DNA of 64,000 bases from Ignavibacteriales bacterium (lineage in GTDB: Bacteria; Bacteroidota; Ignavibacteria; UBA10030): contig JAPLFQ010000011.1 of the NCBI GenBank assembly GCA_026390595.1, forward strand, positions 5,340-69,339, read 5' to 3'. Numbering within the stretch: position 1 is the stretch's first letter; every line of letters begins with the position of its first letter. Of this stretch, positions 20,683 through 30,929 are shown one piece after another. The notes under the pieces were generated by a model, which saw only the letters and a list, made by a program, of their open reading frames with translations, made no database searches and had not been told where the DNA came from. Position numbers and translations under genes: made by a program.

Positions 20683-22839
20683 TTAGAGCATTCCGTGTTT
20701 TTTTCGCAAGAACCATTCCACAGCGAACAGCGCCACCACCGCACCGAGCATCCAGGTTCTGTTCCAGAGTTCAAATTGGCGGGCGGCAGTCACATCTTTT
20801 GGGCGGAAATTCCGCAGGGAGGTCAAATCCTCTGCGAGCTGACCCAAATCGCCGCTCTCAAAGTAGCGCCCCCCCGTCCGTGCAGAGATTTGCTGCAAGA
20901 GAAGCTTGTTCGCTCTCGTCTCCTGGAACTCCACGTTCAATCCACCGACCGAAAAGGAGCCGCGTTCTTCGCCAAGCTGCCGGCCTCCCTCCGTTGCCCG
21001 GGCTGTATACGTGTAGTCCCCTTCCGGAAGAGGGTCGAACGCCCCCTCGAACCGACCGTTTCCCAGCGACGAGAGCGTCAGCTGACTCGCCTGCCCCTTC
21101 TGCGAGACTGAGAGAGAGACTTCCGCATCACCGAGGGGACGGTAGGTTTCGTCATACACCTGAGCTGTGAATTCCACCGGTTCTGATCCCGCGAACATTT
21201 CTTTTGACGGACGAATCTGTACCGGCTTCTCGTCATCGCGAGTTACAAGCCAGCGGACACTGTTGCTGAAAAGGTTCTCCAGTATTCGCTCCGCTCCCGG
21301 GATACCGTCGGAATAACTTTTCCACCGCCACAATCCGTAGCAGAGGATCGCAAGAGATTTCGACCGGTTCACATTCCGGCTGATCATGAGCGGCTCAGTC
21401 CCCGGGGACGACTGGACCCGGACCGTAGCGAGAACAACACCCTCGGGCTTCGAACGGAACGGCTCATCCATTGTGAACGAGGGGGGAAGCTTGCCCCACA
21501 CATCCAACGACGAAGAGACACGGAGAATCGGATTGTTGCGTTGGTTTTCCGCTGCGGCGAGAAAGGTCTGTGTTTCCTCTCCGGGTCGGGCGGGAATGTT
21601 GAAGGGAAGAACACTCTGGAGCATCTGCAGTTTCCGAAGATCTGTCGTTCGGCTGAGGACAAACAGCATTCCTTTTCCGCTGCCAGCCGCTGTAGCCACC
21701 GTCTGGATCGCCGACACCGAACTTTGTGGACCCGGGTACCCCACGAGCACAACGCATTCGGCCGGACGCACATCCTGGTCAGACAGCACCCCTTCATAGA
21801 ACTGTCCATTGCCGCGTTCGATGAACGTTTTGACTTCTATATTAGGATCATCCTGAAGCGCGCGCCGGATAGCTGCCACATCCGCGCTGGGCGCGCCGGC
21901 GATGAGAACAACCCGCATCTTGCTCTTCAGGACTTTCATGTAGAACGAAGATCTGTTGTTCTGAGCGCTGACTTCGCCCGGCAGCTGCGAAACCTCGACA
22001 GTAATTTTCTTCGTTCCGTCCAGGTCAGGAACAAATGAGAGGGGTACATCGTACTCGCGTGTGCCGGGTTCCAGTTGTATTGTCTTGCGGTCAAGGGTCT
22101 TCCCCCCCTCGAGCAGAGTCACTTCAACGCGCTCATTGTTCATACCCGAGCTTTTCAACGTCGCGTTCACCGGCACCTTGTTTCCCACGTACGTGATGTT
22201 GTTCGCGAGGGCCTTTTGTACCATCACATCATGCGGCTCACTGGTGTCGCCGATGCCGACCGTGAAGACCGGCAACCCTGACTCTTCGGCCTCGAACAGC
22301 GGACTGGACCCGCCGGTCGAATTGCCGTCGCTGATGATGAGCACTCCCTGAATATTTCTCTCCGACGTTTGTTCCCTCAACTGCTTCAGGGCGCCGCCGA
22401 TATCGGTCCCTTCTCCTGTGAATGAAACGGAATCTTTGGCGAAGGACTGTAGGAGATGCAGTTTCGTGTCGAACACTCCATACAGAAGTTCACTGTTTCC
22501 ATCGACCTTCCTGAGATCGGGCGATGTAAGAGTAGTGAGGAGAGTCTCTTTTCTGTCCCCGCTCTTATCCCGGATCGTCATGCTTCGGGATTGATCGATC
22601 AGGACTGCCAACACGGGTCTTTCAGTACGGTGCGAGACGAGAGAAAGGAGCGGCTCGCCAATGAGGAGGAAAAGCAGGAACAGTCCGAGTCCACGCACCC
22701 CCATGAGGGTGCCTCGCACACCGCGGGAAACCGGAGGCACGGTGAATCGGTACACGAAGACCGCCAGCAAGCCAGCCGCCACCGCCGCGAGCAGGAGAAG
22801 GACAACGTGGTAGGATGTCGTAAGATCAAGATCTGGCAT
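20683..22839 (-). CDS. VWA-domain membrane protein (BatA/aerotolerance-like)
   Basis: N-terminal double TM, MIDAS DQSRS, and a C-terminal TM anchor. Confidence 0.6.
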   Translation of the reverse strand: MPDLDLTTSYHVVLLLLAAVAAGLLAVFVYRFTVPPVSRGVRGTLMGVRGLGLFLLFLLIGEPLLSLVSHRTERPVLAVLIDQSRSMTIRDKSGDRKETLLTTLTSPDLRKVDGNSELLYGVFDTKLHLLQSFAKDSVSFTGEGTDIGGALKQLREQTSERNIQGVLIISDGNSTGGSSPLFEAEESGLPVFTVGIGDTSEPHDVMVQKALANNITYVGNKVPVNATLKSSGMNNERVEVTLLEGGKTLDRKTIQLEPGTREYDVPLSFVPDLDGTKKITVEVSQLPGEVSAQNNRSSFYMKVLKSKMRVVLIAGAPSADVAAIRRALQDDPNIEVKTFIERGNGQFYEGVLSDQDVRPAECVVLVGYPGPQSSVSAIQTVATAAGSGKGMLFVLSRTTDLRKLQMLQSVLPFNIPARPGEETQTFLAAAENQRNNPILRVSSSLDVWGKLPPSFTMDEPFRSKPEGVVLATVRVQSSPGTEPLMISRNVNRSKSLAILCYGLWRWKSYSDGIPGAERILENLFSNSVRWLVTRDDEKPVQIRPSKEMFAGSEPVEFTAQVYDETYRPLGDAEVSLSVSQKGQASQLTLSSLGNGRFEGAFDPLPEGDYTYTARATEGGRQLGEERGSFSVGGLNVEFQETRANKLLLQQISARTGGRYFESGDLGQLAEDLTSLRNFRPKDVTAARQFELWNRTWMLGAVVALFAVEWFLRKKHGML

Positions 22840-22871
22840 CTCGGCGACCTGTCAGGAAACGGTGAACAAAC

Positions 22872-24689
22872 CTATTTGATGTACAGGATCTTTCGAGAGC
22901 CCGTGAATCCGTAGGTAGCGAGGCGGCAGATGTAGACGCCGCTGGACACACGCGTGCCGCTGTCGTTCAGACCATCGTTCCATTCGAAGAAATTCGTCCC
23001 CGTGCGGGATTTTCCTTTGTAAAGAGTCCGCACGCGCCGGCCGAGAAGATCATAGACTGCCACGTCGATCACCTGCTCGCCCGGGGCGTCGACGATGATC
23101 GTCGTCGAGCCGTTGAAGGGATTCGGATAGTTGTTTCGGAGAACGAATTCTGCGGGAACGCTCCCGCCCCCCGAGCCTCCTACAGCCTTTGACGCATCAA
23201 GAAGACCCCAGCCGTAGTAGTTGTTCGGATACGATTGGGTTTTCGCGCTTCCGTCAGCGTATTTCTGGGTTGTGCTGAGCAGACGGGCCCGGACCTGCAT
23301 AGGCGTGAGGTCAAGGTTTGCAGAGAGCACCAGCGCTGCGACGCCGGCCGCCAGAGGTGTCGCCGCTGACGTGCCGGTGAAATACGGCGTGTAGTCTGAG
23401 TCTCCGCTTACCGCAAAATCGTTTATTCCCGGAGCCACGACTTCCGGCTTGGTCCGCCCGTCATATGTGGGACCCGTAAGACTAAACGATGCCAGCGGGC
23501 CATCTGCAAACGTCGCTCCGACCGCGAGGATGCTGTCGGCATCGGCGGGGGCATCCAGGGCAAGTTGCCCATCTGTCCTCCGGATCGTTGCGCCGCCGCT
23601 GTTTCCCATGGCCGTCACAACAAGCACACCTTTCCTTGCTGCGATGCTCGCTGCTCTCGATGTCGTTGCCGTTTTCCCATTCATATCCGACCACTTGTAC
23701 CAATCGGAGTAGCCCAGAGAGCTGGAGGTTATATCCACGCCGCGACGCTCCATCCATTCAAGGGCTTCGACGTAGAGATCCTCCTCCAACTGGATTTCGA
23801 CGCTGTCGATTTCTGTTTTCGCGAGCATGAACGATGCTCCGTAGGCAACACCGACGAGGCGGCCGTTGAAGAATCCTCCGATCTCAGAAAGCGTCGAGGC
23901 ACCATGGTTCCCTTGTGTGGAATACTCCCCGGGTGAACGCGAAGTATTCGAATCGCGCTGCACAAAGTCGTACTCAGCAATGATCTTGAGATTCTTCAGC
24001 GCAGGGTGCGTTCGGTGAGCGTTGAAACCGTCATCCAGAACCCCGATGATCACCCCCGTTCCCGTGAAACCGCGAGAGTGCACATCCGGCACTTTGAGCG
24101 CGTTCAACTGGGCAAACGATTCTCCGTAGTCGATGCCGGCGATCGATTCCTTCTTCAACATAGGACCCTGAAGGAGAGGCACTGATTCCTGCTGCTGTTT
24201 GAAAAAGACAGGGACGGGTGACACGGAGGCTACGAACGGGAGTGTGGCAACCGAGGAGCGCTGGGCATCTGTGAGCTCGGCTGAAACCGCATTGAGCCAT
24301 CGCGAGGCAGATCTGACCACGACGCCACGTGAACGCAATTGTTCGAGGTACGACTGCTCGGGAGGAAGATCGAGCTCATCGATGAGACGATCCGCTGGAA
24401 GCACCTTGCTCCGTCTCCAAAGAGCCCGTTCGGTGATCCCCAGCGAAGCGGGATTTGCTTTCGTGAGGGTGACCGAAGGCCCGCGATCGCGCAATGTTAT
24501 CCAACATCGCTGCGGTTGCGCGGCGGTCGTGAAGTTGAGACAGAATGAGAGAACAACAACAGGAAGGAATACCGTGACGCCGCGAACGTTCCAGGTCGGA
24601 GTTTGCCTCTGCCAGCTGAACAGTATCAACCGACTTGCCGCTCTTCTCATCGATTCTCCGGCCGCGGCCTGTTCACGATCCAGACTCAC
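22872..24689 (-). CDS. S8 subtilisin-like serine peptidase with a T9SS C-terminal sorting domain
   Basis: Catalytic D (VLDDGF), H (GNHGAST) and S (GTSAATP). The C-terminal ~80 aa (NYPNPFNGSTTI...GVYICRL) is a typical T9SS CTD. Confidence 0.9.
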   Translation of the reverse strand: MSLDREQAAAGESMRRAASRLILFSWQRQTPTWNVRGVTVFLPVVVLSFCLNFTTAAQPQRCWITLRDRGPSVTLTKANPASLGITERALWRRSKVLPADRLIDELDLPPEQSYLEQLRSRGVVVRSASRWLNAVSAELTDAQRSSVATLPFVASVSPVPVFFKQQQESVPLLQGPMLKKESIAGIDYGESFAQLNALKVPDVHSRGFTGTGVIIGVLDDGFNAHRTHPALKNLKIIAEYDFVQRDSNTSRSPGEYSTQGNHGASTLSEIGGFFNGRLVGVAYGASFMLAKTEIDSVEIQLEEDLYVEALEWMERRGVDITSSSLGYSDWYKWSDMNGKTATTSRAASIAARKGVLVVTAMGNSGGATIRRTDGQLALDAPADADSILAVGATFADGPLASFSLTGPTYDGRTKPEVVAPGINDFAVSGDSDYTPYFTGTSAATPLAAGVAALVLSANLDLTPMQVRARLLSTTQKYADGSAKTQSYPNNYYGWGLLDASKAVGGSGGGSVPAEFVLRNNYPNPFNGSTTIIVDAPGEQVIDVAVYDLLGRRVRTLYKGKSRTGTNFFEWNDGLNDSGTRVSSGVYICRLATYGFTGSRKILYIK

Positions 24690-25656
24690 TCACGAGTCTT
24701 TCGATAATTTGAATTGCAGACACACCCTCCGCCTCGGCGTTGAAGCTTGTCACAATCCGGTGTCGGAGCACCGGAGCAGCCAGAACTTTGACATCGTTGA
24801 TATCGGGTGTATGCCGGCCCGAGAGAATCGCACGGGTCTTTGCCCCGAGGATGAGATACTGTGAAGCCCGTGGTCCGGCTCCCCATCTAATCCAATTCTT
24901 GATGAAGGACGGAGCCGAGGCTACCGTGGGGCGCGTCCGATCTACGAGCGTGACAGCGTATTCGATGACATTGTCTGCCACCGGAACGCGGCGAACAAGA
25001 TCCTGAAATTCGATTATTTCCTTGGCACTAAGTATGCGTTTCAAATCGGGCTTGTAGGGGCTCGTCGTTGACTTCACGATGGCGACCTCCTCATTGAAGG
25101 AGGGATAGTCAAGCCAGAGGTTGAACATGAAACGGTCGAGCTGTGCCTCGGGCAGGGGATAGGTTCCCTCCTGCTCGATCGGGTTTTGTGTCGCCAGGAC
25201 GAAGAACGGTTCCTGGAGCGCGTACGTCTGCCCGGCGGCGGTTACGTGGTGCTCCTGCATCGACTCCAGGAGTGCGGCCTGGGTCTTCGGAGGCGTGCGG
25301 TTGATTTCATCTGCGAGAATGATGTTCGCGAAGACGGGACCCTGAACGAATTTGAACGCCTTCTGTCCAGTCCCCACATTCTCCTCAATGATCTCGGTGC
25401 CGGTAATATCGCTCGGCATCAGATCCGGCGTGAACTGGATGCGGCTGAACCTGAGGTCCAATGCTTCCGAGAGCGTTTTGATCAGGAGGGTTTTGGCGAG
25501 GCCTGGTACCCCAATCAGCAGGCAGTGACCCCGCGAAAGGAGCGCGATCAGGAGATGTTCGATCACCCTGTCCTGTCCGACAATGACCTTGGCGATCTCA
25601 GACCGGATATCGGAATAGGCTTTGGAGAGTTCGGAAACAACTTTGACGTCGTTCAT
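24673..25656 (-). CDS. MoxR-family AAA+ ATPase
   Basis: GVPGLAKT Walker A, ILADEINR Walker B, and MoxR length and architecture. Confidence 0.95.
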   Translation of the reverse strand: MNDVKVVSELSKAYSDIRSEIAKVIVGQDRVIEHLLIALLSRGHCLLIGVPGLAKTLLIKTLSEALDLRFSRIQFTPDLMPSDITGTEIIEENVGTGQKAFKFVQGPVFANIILADEINRTPPKTQAALLESMQEHHVTAAGQTYALQEPFFVLATQNPIEQEGTYPLPEAQLDRFMFNLWLDYPSFNEEVAIVKSTTSPYKPDLKRILSAKEIIEFQDLVRRVPVADNVIEYAVTLVDRTRPTVASAPSFIKNWIRWGAGPRASQYLILGAKTRAILSGRHTPDINDVKVLAAPVLRHRIVTSFNAEAEGVSAIQIIERLVSESGS

Positions 25657-25721
25657 GCCATTCGGTGTCCCTGCAATTGACGGTGTACTCCCTGCGATCC
25701 GGTGTTCTTGGAGGGCCAGGC

Positions 25722-27017
25722 TTAGAGGCGCGGCTCCCAGTAGATACTCTTTTTAAGCTCCTCGATCCACTCGCTGTTCAGCCGATTGCGTTTCATGTAC
25801 AGCGCCATCTGTTCAACGCGCTTATAGTCATCGGTGAGATTGACGGCATGCGGCTGCGTACGTTTCTTGAGCAGGACAATTTGGTATCCGTACGAAGCTT
25901 TGAGCGACACTCGATGGGGCTGACTGATCTCTCCCGCGTTGAGACCTTTGACGACAGGCGCGAACTCGGCCTCGAGTTGATCGACAGCGACAGTTCCGAG
26001 GTCGCCGCCAAGAGCTTTTGTATCATCATCTTCAGAGTACTTACGGGCAAGCTCGGCAAACGCTTCTCCCTTCAGAGCACGATCCCGTATCTCGCGCAGT
26101 CTGACGACTGCGGCCGTGTCGCTGATCGGTCCTTTTTCTGTACGCAACAGGATATGCCTGGCATGAACGGATTCACCTCTGCGCTCGAGCAATTGAATCA
26201 GGTGATACCCGAACTCCGTCTTGACCACAGGGGAAACTTCTTTCTCTTTGAGGGCGAACACAGCTTGTTCAAACTCGGGGACAAATACCACGCCGCGCTT
26301 TGCCCAACCGAGGTCGCCGCCGCCCGTCGCGCTTCCATCCTGTGAATACCGGCGTGCAAAGTCGGCGAAGTCTCCGCCGGCGACGATGCTGTCACGAAAC
26401 GCATTGAGCTTCTGACGCGTTTGCACTTCCAGCGAAGAATCCGGTTTCGGCACAATGAAGATGTGACTCAGGTCGAGCTCCTCGGGTACTTTCGGCAGAC
26501 TATCTCTATAGGACGCGTAGAATTCCTCCGCTTCCCGCCTCGCGATCTGAATATTCGCCTCACGCTGCTGGCGCACGCGTTGAATGAGCAGCTGCTTGCG
26601 CATCTCCGGTTTGTATTCGCGCTTCATCCTTGCAACCGGCTTTCCGTAGATCTGTTCGAGTTGCTTCTCGGATCCCGCCTGCCGGACAAAATTCTGGAAC
26701 TGCTGATCGAGCATCCTCATGACCTCTTCGTCCGTGACGTTGATGCTGTCGATAATTGCCTGGGCCAGCACGAGCTTATCCGCGATCAACCCGTCGAGGA
26801 TTTGCTTTCGTAAGCCGGGAGTTTTCGGATCCACTCGATTTTGTAGAGCGATGTACGAAATCCGCTCCTGGAGGTCCGACTCTGTGATGATCTCCTTGTC
26901 GACGACCGCCACAATACGATCGACGGCTGTCTGCGCGGCAAGGCTGCTCGTCATCGAAAGCACTACAACGATGGCCCAAACAACGTGCGGCAAAACTGAT
27001 GGTTGTCGTCCCTTCAT
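25722..27017 (-). CDS. SurA-like periplasmic chaperone / parvulin PPIase (two parvulin domains)
   Basis: Signal peptide, SurA-N-like region, and two FGYH/YGYQ parvulin cores. Confidence 0.85.
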   Translation of the reverse strand: MKGRQPSVLPHVVWAIVVVLSMTSSLAAQTAVDRIVAVVDKEIITESDLQERISYIALQNRVDPKTPGLRKQILDGLIADKLVLAQAIIDSINVTDEEVMRMLDQQFQNFVRQAGSEKQLEQIYGKPVARMKREYKPEMRKQLLIQRVRQQREANIQIARREAEEFYASYRDSLPKVPEELDLSHIFIVPKPDSSLEVQTRQKLNAFRDSIVAGGDFADFARRYSQDGSATGGGDLGWAKRGVVFVPEFEQAVFALKEKEVSPVVKTEFGYHLIQLLERRGESVHARHILLRTEKGPISDTAAVVRLREIRDRALKGEAFAELARKYSEDDDTKALGGDLGTVAVDQLEAEFAPVVKGLNAGEISQPHRVSLKASYGYQIVLLKKRTQPHAVNLTDDYKRVEQMALYMKRNRLNSEWIEELKKSIYWEPRL

Positions 27018-27028
27018 TGGTGTTTCTC

Positions 27029-27892
27029 CTATCTCGCAAAATTGGTTGAACTGGTATCCACCTGATCACTGACCATCAGCTCAACAGCATGTGTTGATCG
27101 CAGCCGCTCGAGCAAACCGGCGAGCGCCTGACGCCGACGATCGATCGTCAGCCGGCTCCGGATCTCACGCTCTACATACGCCCGATCGGCAATCTGCCCC
27201 TGGCGGCCGAGTTTCCAGACAACCAGAATGAACGAACCTTCGTCGGTATGAACCGGGAATGACGGTTCCGGCTTCGTCGATGCAGACGCGACACGCCAGA
27301 GTTCAGCCGGAAGGAGTGTGGTTTGCGAATAATATACAGAGTCCATCTTCGCAAGGACCATCGACGATTGTTTCGCATCGGCCATCACCTCGCGCACTGC
27401 CTGCGACCACGGTGTTCCCTTCAGCACGACCGTGCGAAACGCGTTGGCTGCATCGCGATCGGTAAACTGGAGGAAACTGACCAAAGCGACGTCTGTCGGG
27501 AGCGTGAATTCCCTGGTATGGGCTGTATAGTACTGCGCGATCTCCTCCGGAGTGTTTTCGACGGAGCTTTGAGTATAGACCTCAGCCTGTAAGAGGGCGT
27601 TGATCGCGAACTGGCGCTTCGCTTCCTCGATCTGCGTCCGCACAGGCTCTTTGTTGTCCAACCCTCTTCGGACGGCTTCGCGGTACAGAATCTCGTCGTT
27701 GATCCATCGCCGCGCGAACTCCCCGACTTGAGCAGAGGTTACCCCGCGCGTCGAATCCAATCGCGCTCGCACCTCTTCCAGCGTCAAGGTCCGGTCGTCA
27801 ATCCGGGCGACGGGTCGCTGGCCGGAGTCCCTGGAACCACAGCCCGCGACAAACGCGAGACAGAGTGCGAAAACAAGTCTACTGCGCGGCAA
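27029..27892 (-). CDS. lipoprotein with a SurA-N-like region and a degenerate parvulin domain
   Basis: Lipobox FVAGC; degenerate PVHTDEGSFILVVWK parvulin strand. Confidence 0.6.
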   Translation of the reverse strand: MPRSRLVFALCLAFVAGCGSRDSGQRPVARIDDRTLTLEEVRARLDSTRGVTSAQVGEFARRWINDEILYREAVRRGLDNKEPVRTQIEEAKRQFAINALLQAEVYTQSSVENTPEEIAQYYTAHTREFTLPTDVALVSFLQFTDRDAANAFRTVVLKGTPWSQAVREVMADAKQSSMVLAKMDSVYYSQTTLLPAELWRVASASTKPEPSFPVHTDEGSFILVVWKLGRQGQIADRAYVEREIRSRLTIDRRRQALAGLLERLRSTHAVELMVSDQVDTSSTNFAR

Positions 27893-29879
27893 CGGGTTTC
27901 CTCTTGAAGGCTTCCAGCAGAAGCGGTTTGTTGAAGGTAACGGGGTACCGTGATTTCAGATCAGCGACCCATTCCTCCTGCCGGAGTTTCGAAGCATACT
28001 CCTGGTAGGCGCTCATCACCTCCGGCATCGCCTCCTCAAAGGTCTTGATGCGTGCGGGTTCCTTTGCAGTTACTTTGATGATCGACCAGCCGTCCGGATG
28101 ATCGAACGGGCGAGAAATGCTGTCCACAGGCAGCAACGCGGCATAGCGCGAGAAAATATTCACCGAGTCCGGCGTCAATCCCCAGACTCCCTTCTTTTCC
28201 TTGTACCCCGAGCGCATGGTATACTTTTCGGCAACTTCACTGAAGTCTTTCCCCATCTTGATTTCATTGTACGCCGCCTTCACCAGACTGTCCGTTGTGG
28301 TGAAGATCTCCGCAAAATTCACCCTGTTCGGCCACAGGTATTTTTCCTTGTGCTGGTCGTAGTAGACTCGGAGGAGCGAATCGTTCACGACAACTTTCTT
28401 CCAGACCTCATCTTGCTCGATGCGATAAAGAAGAATGCCGTCCTGGTATTCTTTGAGGAGCTTCGAAAATGCCGGATAGCGTTGCGGCACTTGCCGGGCA
28501 TGTTCTTCCATCATCTTGACTTCAGAAAGACGCTCCATCATGTGCTGCACGTTCTTCGGCGTCAGAAGCATCGACTTGAACTCCGCCGAGTTGTTGAGAT
28601 GCTCCACGAAATCCCCGACCGTGGCAGGCCGGCCTTCACAGGTCAGCAGAACTTTCTTCCGCATTGCAGGCGTGAGCGTGTCGCTCCAGGTCCACGACGC
28701 CGGCGTTTGCGTCGAGTCGAACGCGCTCATCAGCTGAACGATAGCCAGAGTGTCAAACGTCAGCTTGTACTGCCGCGCGAGACCCCGGACGAATCTCTGA
28801 TAGTCCGTCTGATAGCGCATCTGGTTGTACTGGTCGCGCAGTTCCTTCTCCATTTCTGCGAAGGGCGGGATGCTTTTGAAACCCGTAATTTTGAAAATGT
28901 GATAGCCGTACGGCATCTGGTACGGCGGGATGACAGAATCGACCGGCGTATTGAAAAAGAGGTTTTCAATGGCCGGTGGTATCCGGCCGCGATCGTAGTA
29001 TCCGATGTCTCCGCTGTTCACCTGGGAACCCGCATCCTCCGTGTAGCGTCTGGCGGCCTCAGCAAAATCCAATCCTCCTTTGACAAGCGTATAAATCGCC
29101 TTCACGGAATCCTTCACGACCGTGCTGTCTTCTGGAGTGTCTTTGAACCGCCGCAGAATGTGGCTCACCCGCACGGCGCCTTTGTTAGCCTGGCGGCCCG
29201 TCAACTTGATGATGTGATAGCCAAACTGAGTCCTCACGGGGGAAGTCGTGTATTCACCTACCTTCAATCCGAAGCAGGCATCTTCAAAGTCGGGCACCAT
29301 CTTGCCGGAGGTAAAGTAGCCGAGGTCCCCGTGATTAAGGGCCGCGCTCTGATCATCCGAGTACGTCGTGGCGAGTGAGTCAAAGACCGAGGTAGGGATC
29401 AATCCGATGACCATGGTCGCCTTGTTGTACGCAGCGAGCGTGTCCGCTGGCGGAGCATCCGGATTCAGCCTGATCAGGATATGGCTTGCCCTGAGTTCCT
29501 CTTTTTTCCGGTCGTACAGTTGCCGGGTCTTTGGTGCAACGATTTCTTTTTCCAGCATGAAGGACGTTGCGACGGTGACCTCATATCCTTCAAGCTCGGC
29601 CTTGATCGTCGAATCGGTCATCAGTCCGCGGTCGTTCGCCTGCTGAACCTTGAGCCTGAATTTGACCAGCAAATCCAGGAATTTTTCCCGGTCCTCATAA
29701 CTGGAGGTGGTCGCTTTCTCCCACCCGCCATTGTTTTTCGCATAGCTGTCTTCGAATTCTTCAAGCGTGAGGGGGGTGTTTCCAATCCTGGCAACCGCTG
29801 CCGGGCCGGATCCAGCGCACCCCGCCAGAAACAGGGCTGAACAAACAGCCAAAGGCACGAAACGGATATATCTTTGCAT
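27879..29879 (-). CDS. PpiD/SurA-like lipoprotein PPIase with two parvulin domains
   Basis: Start taken at ATG 29879 (MQRYIRFVPLAVCSALFLAGC lipobox). FGYHIIKL and YGYHIFKI cores. Confidence 0.8.
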   Translation of the reverse strand: MQRYIRFVPLAVCSALFLAGCAGSGPAAVARIGNTPLTLEEFEDSYAKNNGGWEKATTSSYEDREKFLDLLVKFRLKVQQANDRGLMTDSTIKAELEGYEVTVATSFMLEKEIVAPKTRQLYDRKKEELRASHILIRLNPDAPPADTLAAYNKATMVIGLIPTSVFDSLATTYSDDQSAALNHGDLGYFTSGKMVPDFEDACFGLKVGEYTTSPVRTQFGYHIIKLTGRQANKGAVRVSHILRRFKDTPEDSTVVKDSVKAIYTLVKGGLDFAEAARRYTEDAGSQVNSGDIGYYDRGRIPPAIENLFFNTPVDSVIPPYQMPYGYHIFKITGFKSIPPFAEMEKELRDQYNQMRYQTDYQRFVRGLARQYKLTFDTLAIVQLMSAFDSTQTPASWTWSDTLTPAMRKKVLLTCEGRPATVGDFVEHLNNSAEFKSMLLTPKNVQHMMERLSEVKMMEEHARQVPQRYPAFSKLLKEYQDGILLYRIEQDEVWKKVVVNDSLLRVYYDQHKEKYLWPNRVNFAEIFTTTDSLVKAAYNEIKMGKDFSEVAEKYTMRSGYKEKKGVWGLTPDSVNIFSRYAALLPVDSISRPFDHPDGWSIIKVTAKEPARIKTFEEAMPEVMSAYQEYASKLRQEEWVADLKSRYPVTFNKPLLLEAFKRKPVAAQ

Positions 29880-30032
29880 GGAATTAATGACGAACCTCCA
29901 ATTGGAATTGTAATGTATTGAAAAAGCCTTCCTATACCCCAAAGCGTTGAAAATTAACCAAATTTGAAGCACCAAGCAAGGGATTAATCCCCCAATCGGG
30001 AGATGAGAAGAGGCGAACACTCTTGTTTTGTT

Positions 30033-30929
30033 CTACTTGGGAGACTTCAGGATGTCTTTCTTTCGCATCAGGATCTGGTTTGCATGCCAATTCTGCATCT
30101 CGAACCACTGCGGCGATGCGGAAGATCTGACGAAATACTTCTCATTCCCTTTGACGTAGAAGAAGGTGAGTTGTGTTCCCGCGAACGAGATTTGAGCGGT
30201 TGGTTTGGTGGGGTGTGTAGTGAGCGAATCGACGAAATCGTCGGCCTGGATGTTTGAAAGAGACGAGAGAAGACTGCTTACGACTCCTTCCTGTGTCGAA
30301 TCCCTCCCGATGGTCCAAGCGCCGTCCCTGAAGGCAAGCACAAAGGTCGTGTCACCGTACTGGTAGCGAACCTCTTTGATGGTTTCTTTCGGCACCGACA
30401 GAATTGTGCGATCGCGCCATTCTTTGACCGGCCGATTGAACACAAAGGACGACGCGCCGCTCACGAGCGCAACTTCATTCGATGCGGCACGCCGGGCGTA
30501 CATGTCAGAGTAACTGCTCCCGGCCTTTCCCAGAATGAACGCCCCTTTTTCGGCGCCCCCTTGCATCAATCTGACCAGCGTTCCCGTCGCCGTATCCACT
30601 TGGAACACGGCGTGCTTGTCGGGCTTGTTCGAAACGATATTGTCAATTCGAAGAGTTCTGGCGCTATGGATCAATGTCGCTACGTTCGATTGATCTGCTT
30701 TGTACGAGACCGGAGACTCGACGAACCATTCGACTCCCTTCTTCTCAAGAACGACGCTTGCGGTCGGTGATTTGATTTCAATCCTGTCAAGGGCGATTGA
30801 ATCGACGGAAGCCAGCATTTCGCTGTTCTCGCCCGTCGAGCTTCGCTCACCCGGCTTTTGCATCACGAAATATGCGATGATGATCAGAACCGCAAGCAAG
30901 CCAAGCAAGACGTAGGTATTGCGTGTCAT
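30033..30929 (-). CDS. DUF4340-like protein (accessory to the GldG-type ABC module)
   Basis: N-terminal TM, position directly after the GldG-like gene with a 4-nt overlap, and typical size. Confidence 0.65.
   Translation of the reverse strand: MTRNTYVLLGLLAVLIIIAYFVMQKPGERSSTGENSEMLASVDSIALDRIEIKSPTASVVLEKKGVEWFVESPVSYKADQSNVATLIHSARTLRIDNIVSNKPDKHAVFQVDTATGTLVRLMQGGAEKGAFILGKAGSSYSDMYARRAASNEVALVSGASSFVFNRPVKEWRDRTILSVPKETIKEVRYQYGDTTFVLAFRDGAWTIGRDSTQEGVVSSLLSSLSNIQADDFVDSLTTHPTKPTAQISFAGTQLTFFYVKGNEKYFVRSSASPQWFEMQNWHANQILMRKKDILKSPK

Noticed and set aside
20683-25656. MoxR + subtilase + VWA as a ternary vWA-MoxR conflict/defence system
   Set aside because: The VWA protein has the BatA-like double-TM anchor and a housekeeping-type architecture. 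The subtilase carries a T9SS secretion tail, so it is exported. No additional VMAP-type components or effector domains are present. Adjacency is the only argument.
28098-29378. Long ORFs antisense to confident genes: this 426-aa one, plus 1987..2940, 17092..18078, 19321..20343, 31385..32578, 44637..45497, 48325..49377, 54341..55198 and others
   Set aside because: All lie fully inside better-supported genes on the opposite strand. Their translations are Arg/His/Leu-rich and low in complexity, with no motifs. They are typical shadow ORFs of GC-rich coding DNA.
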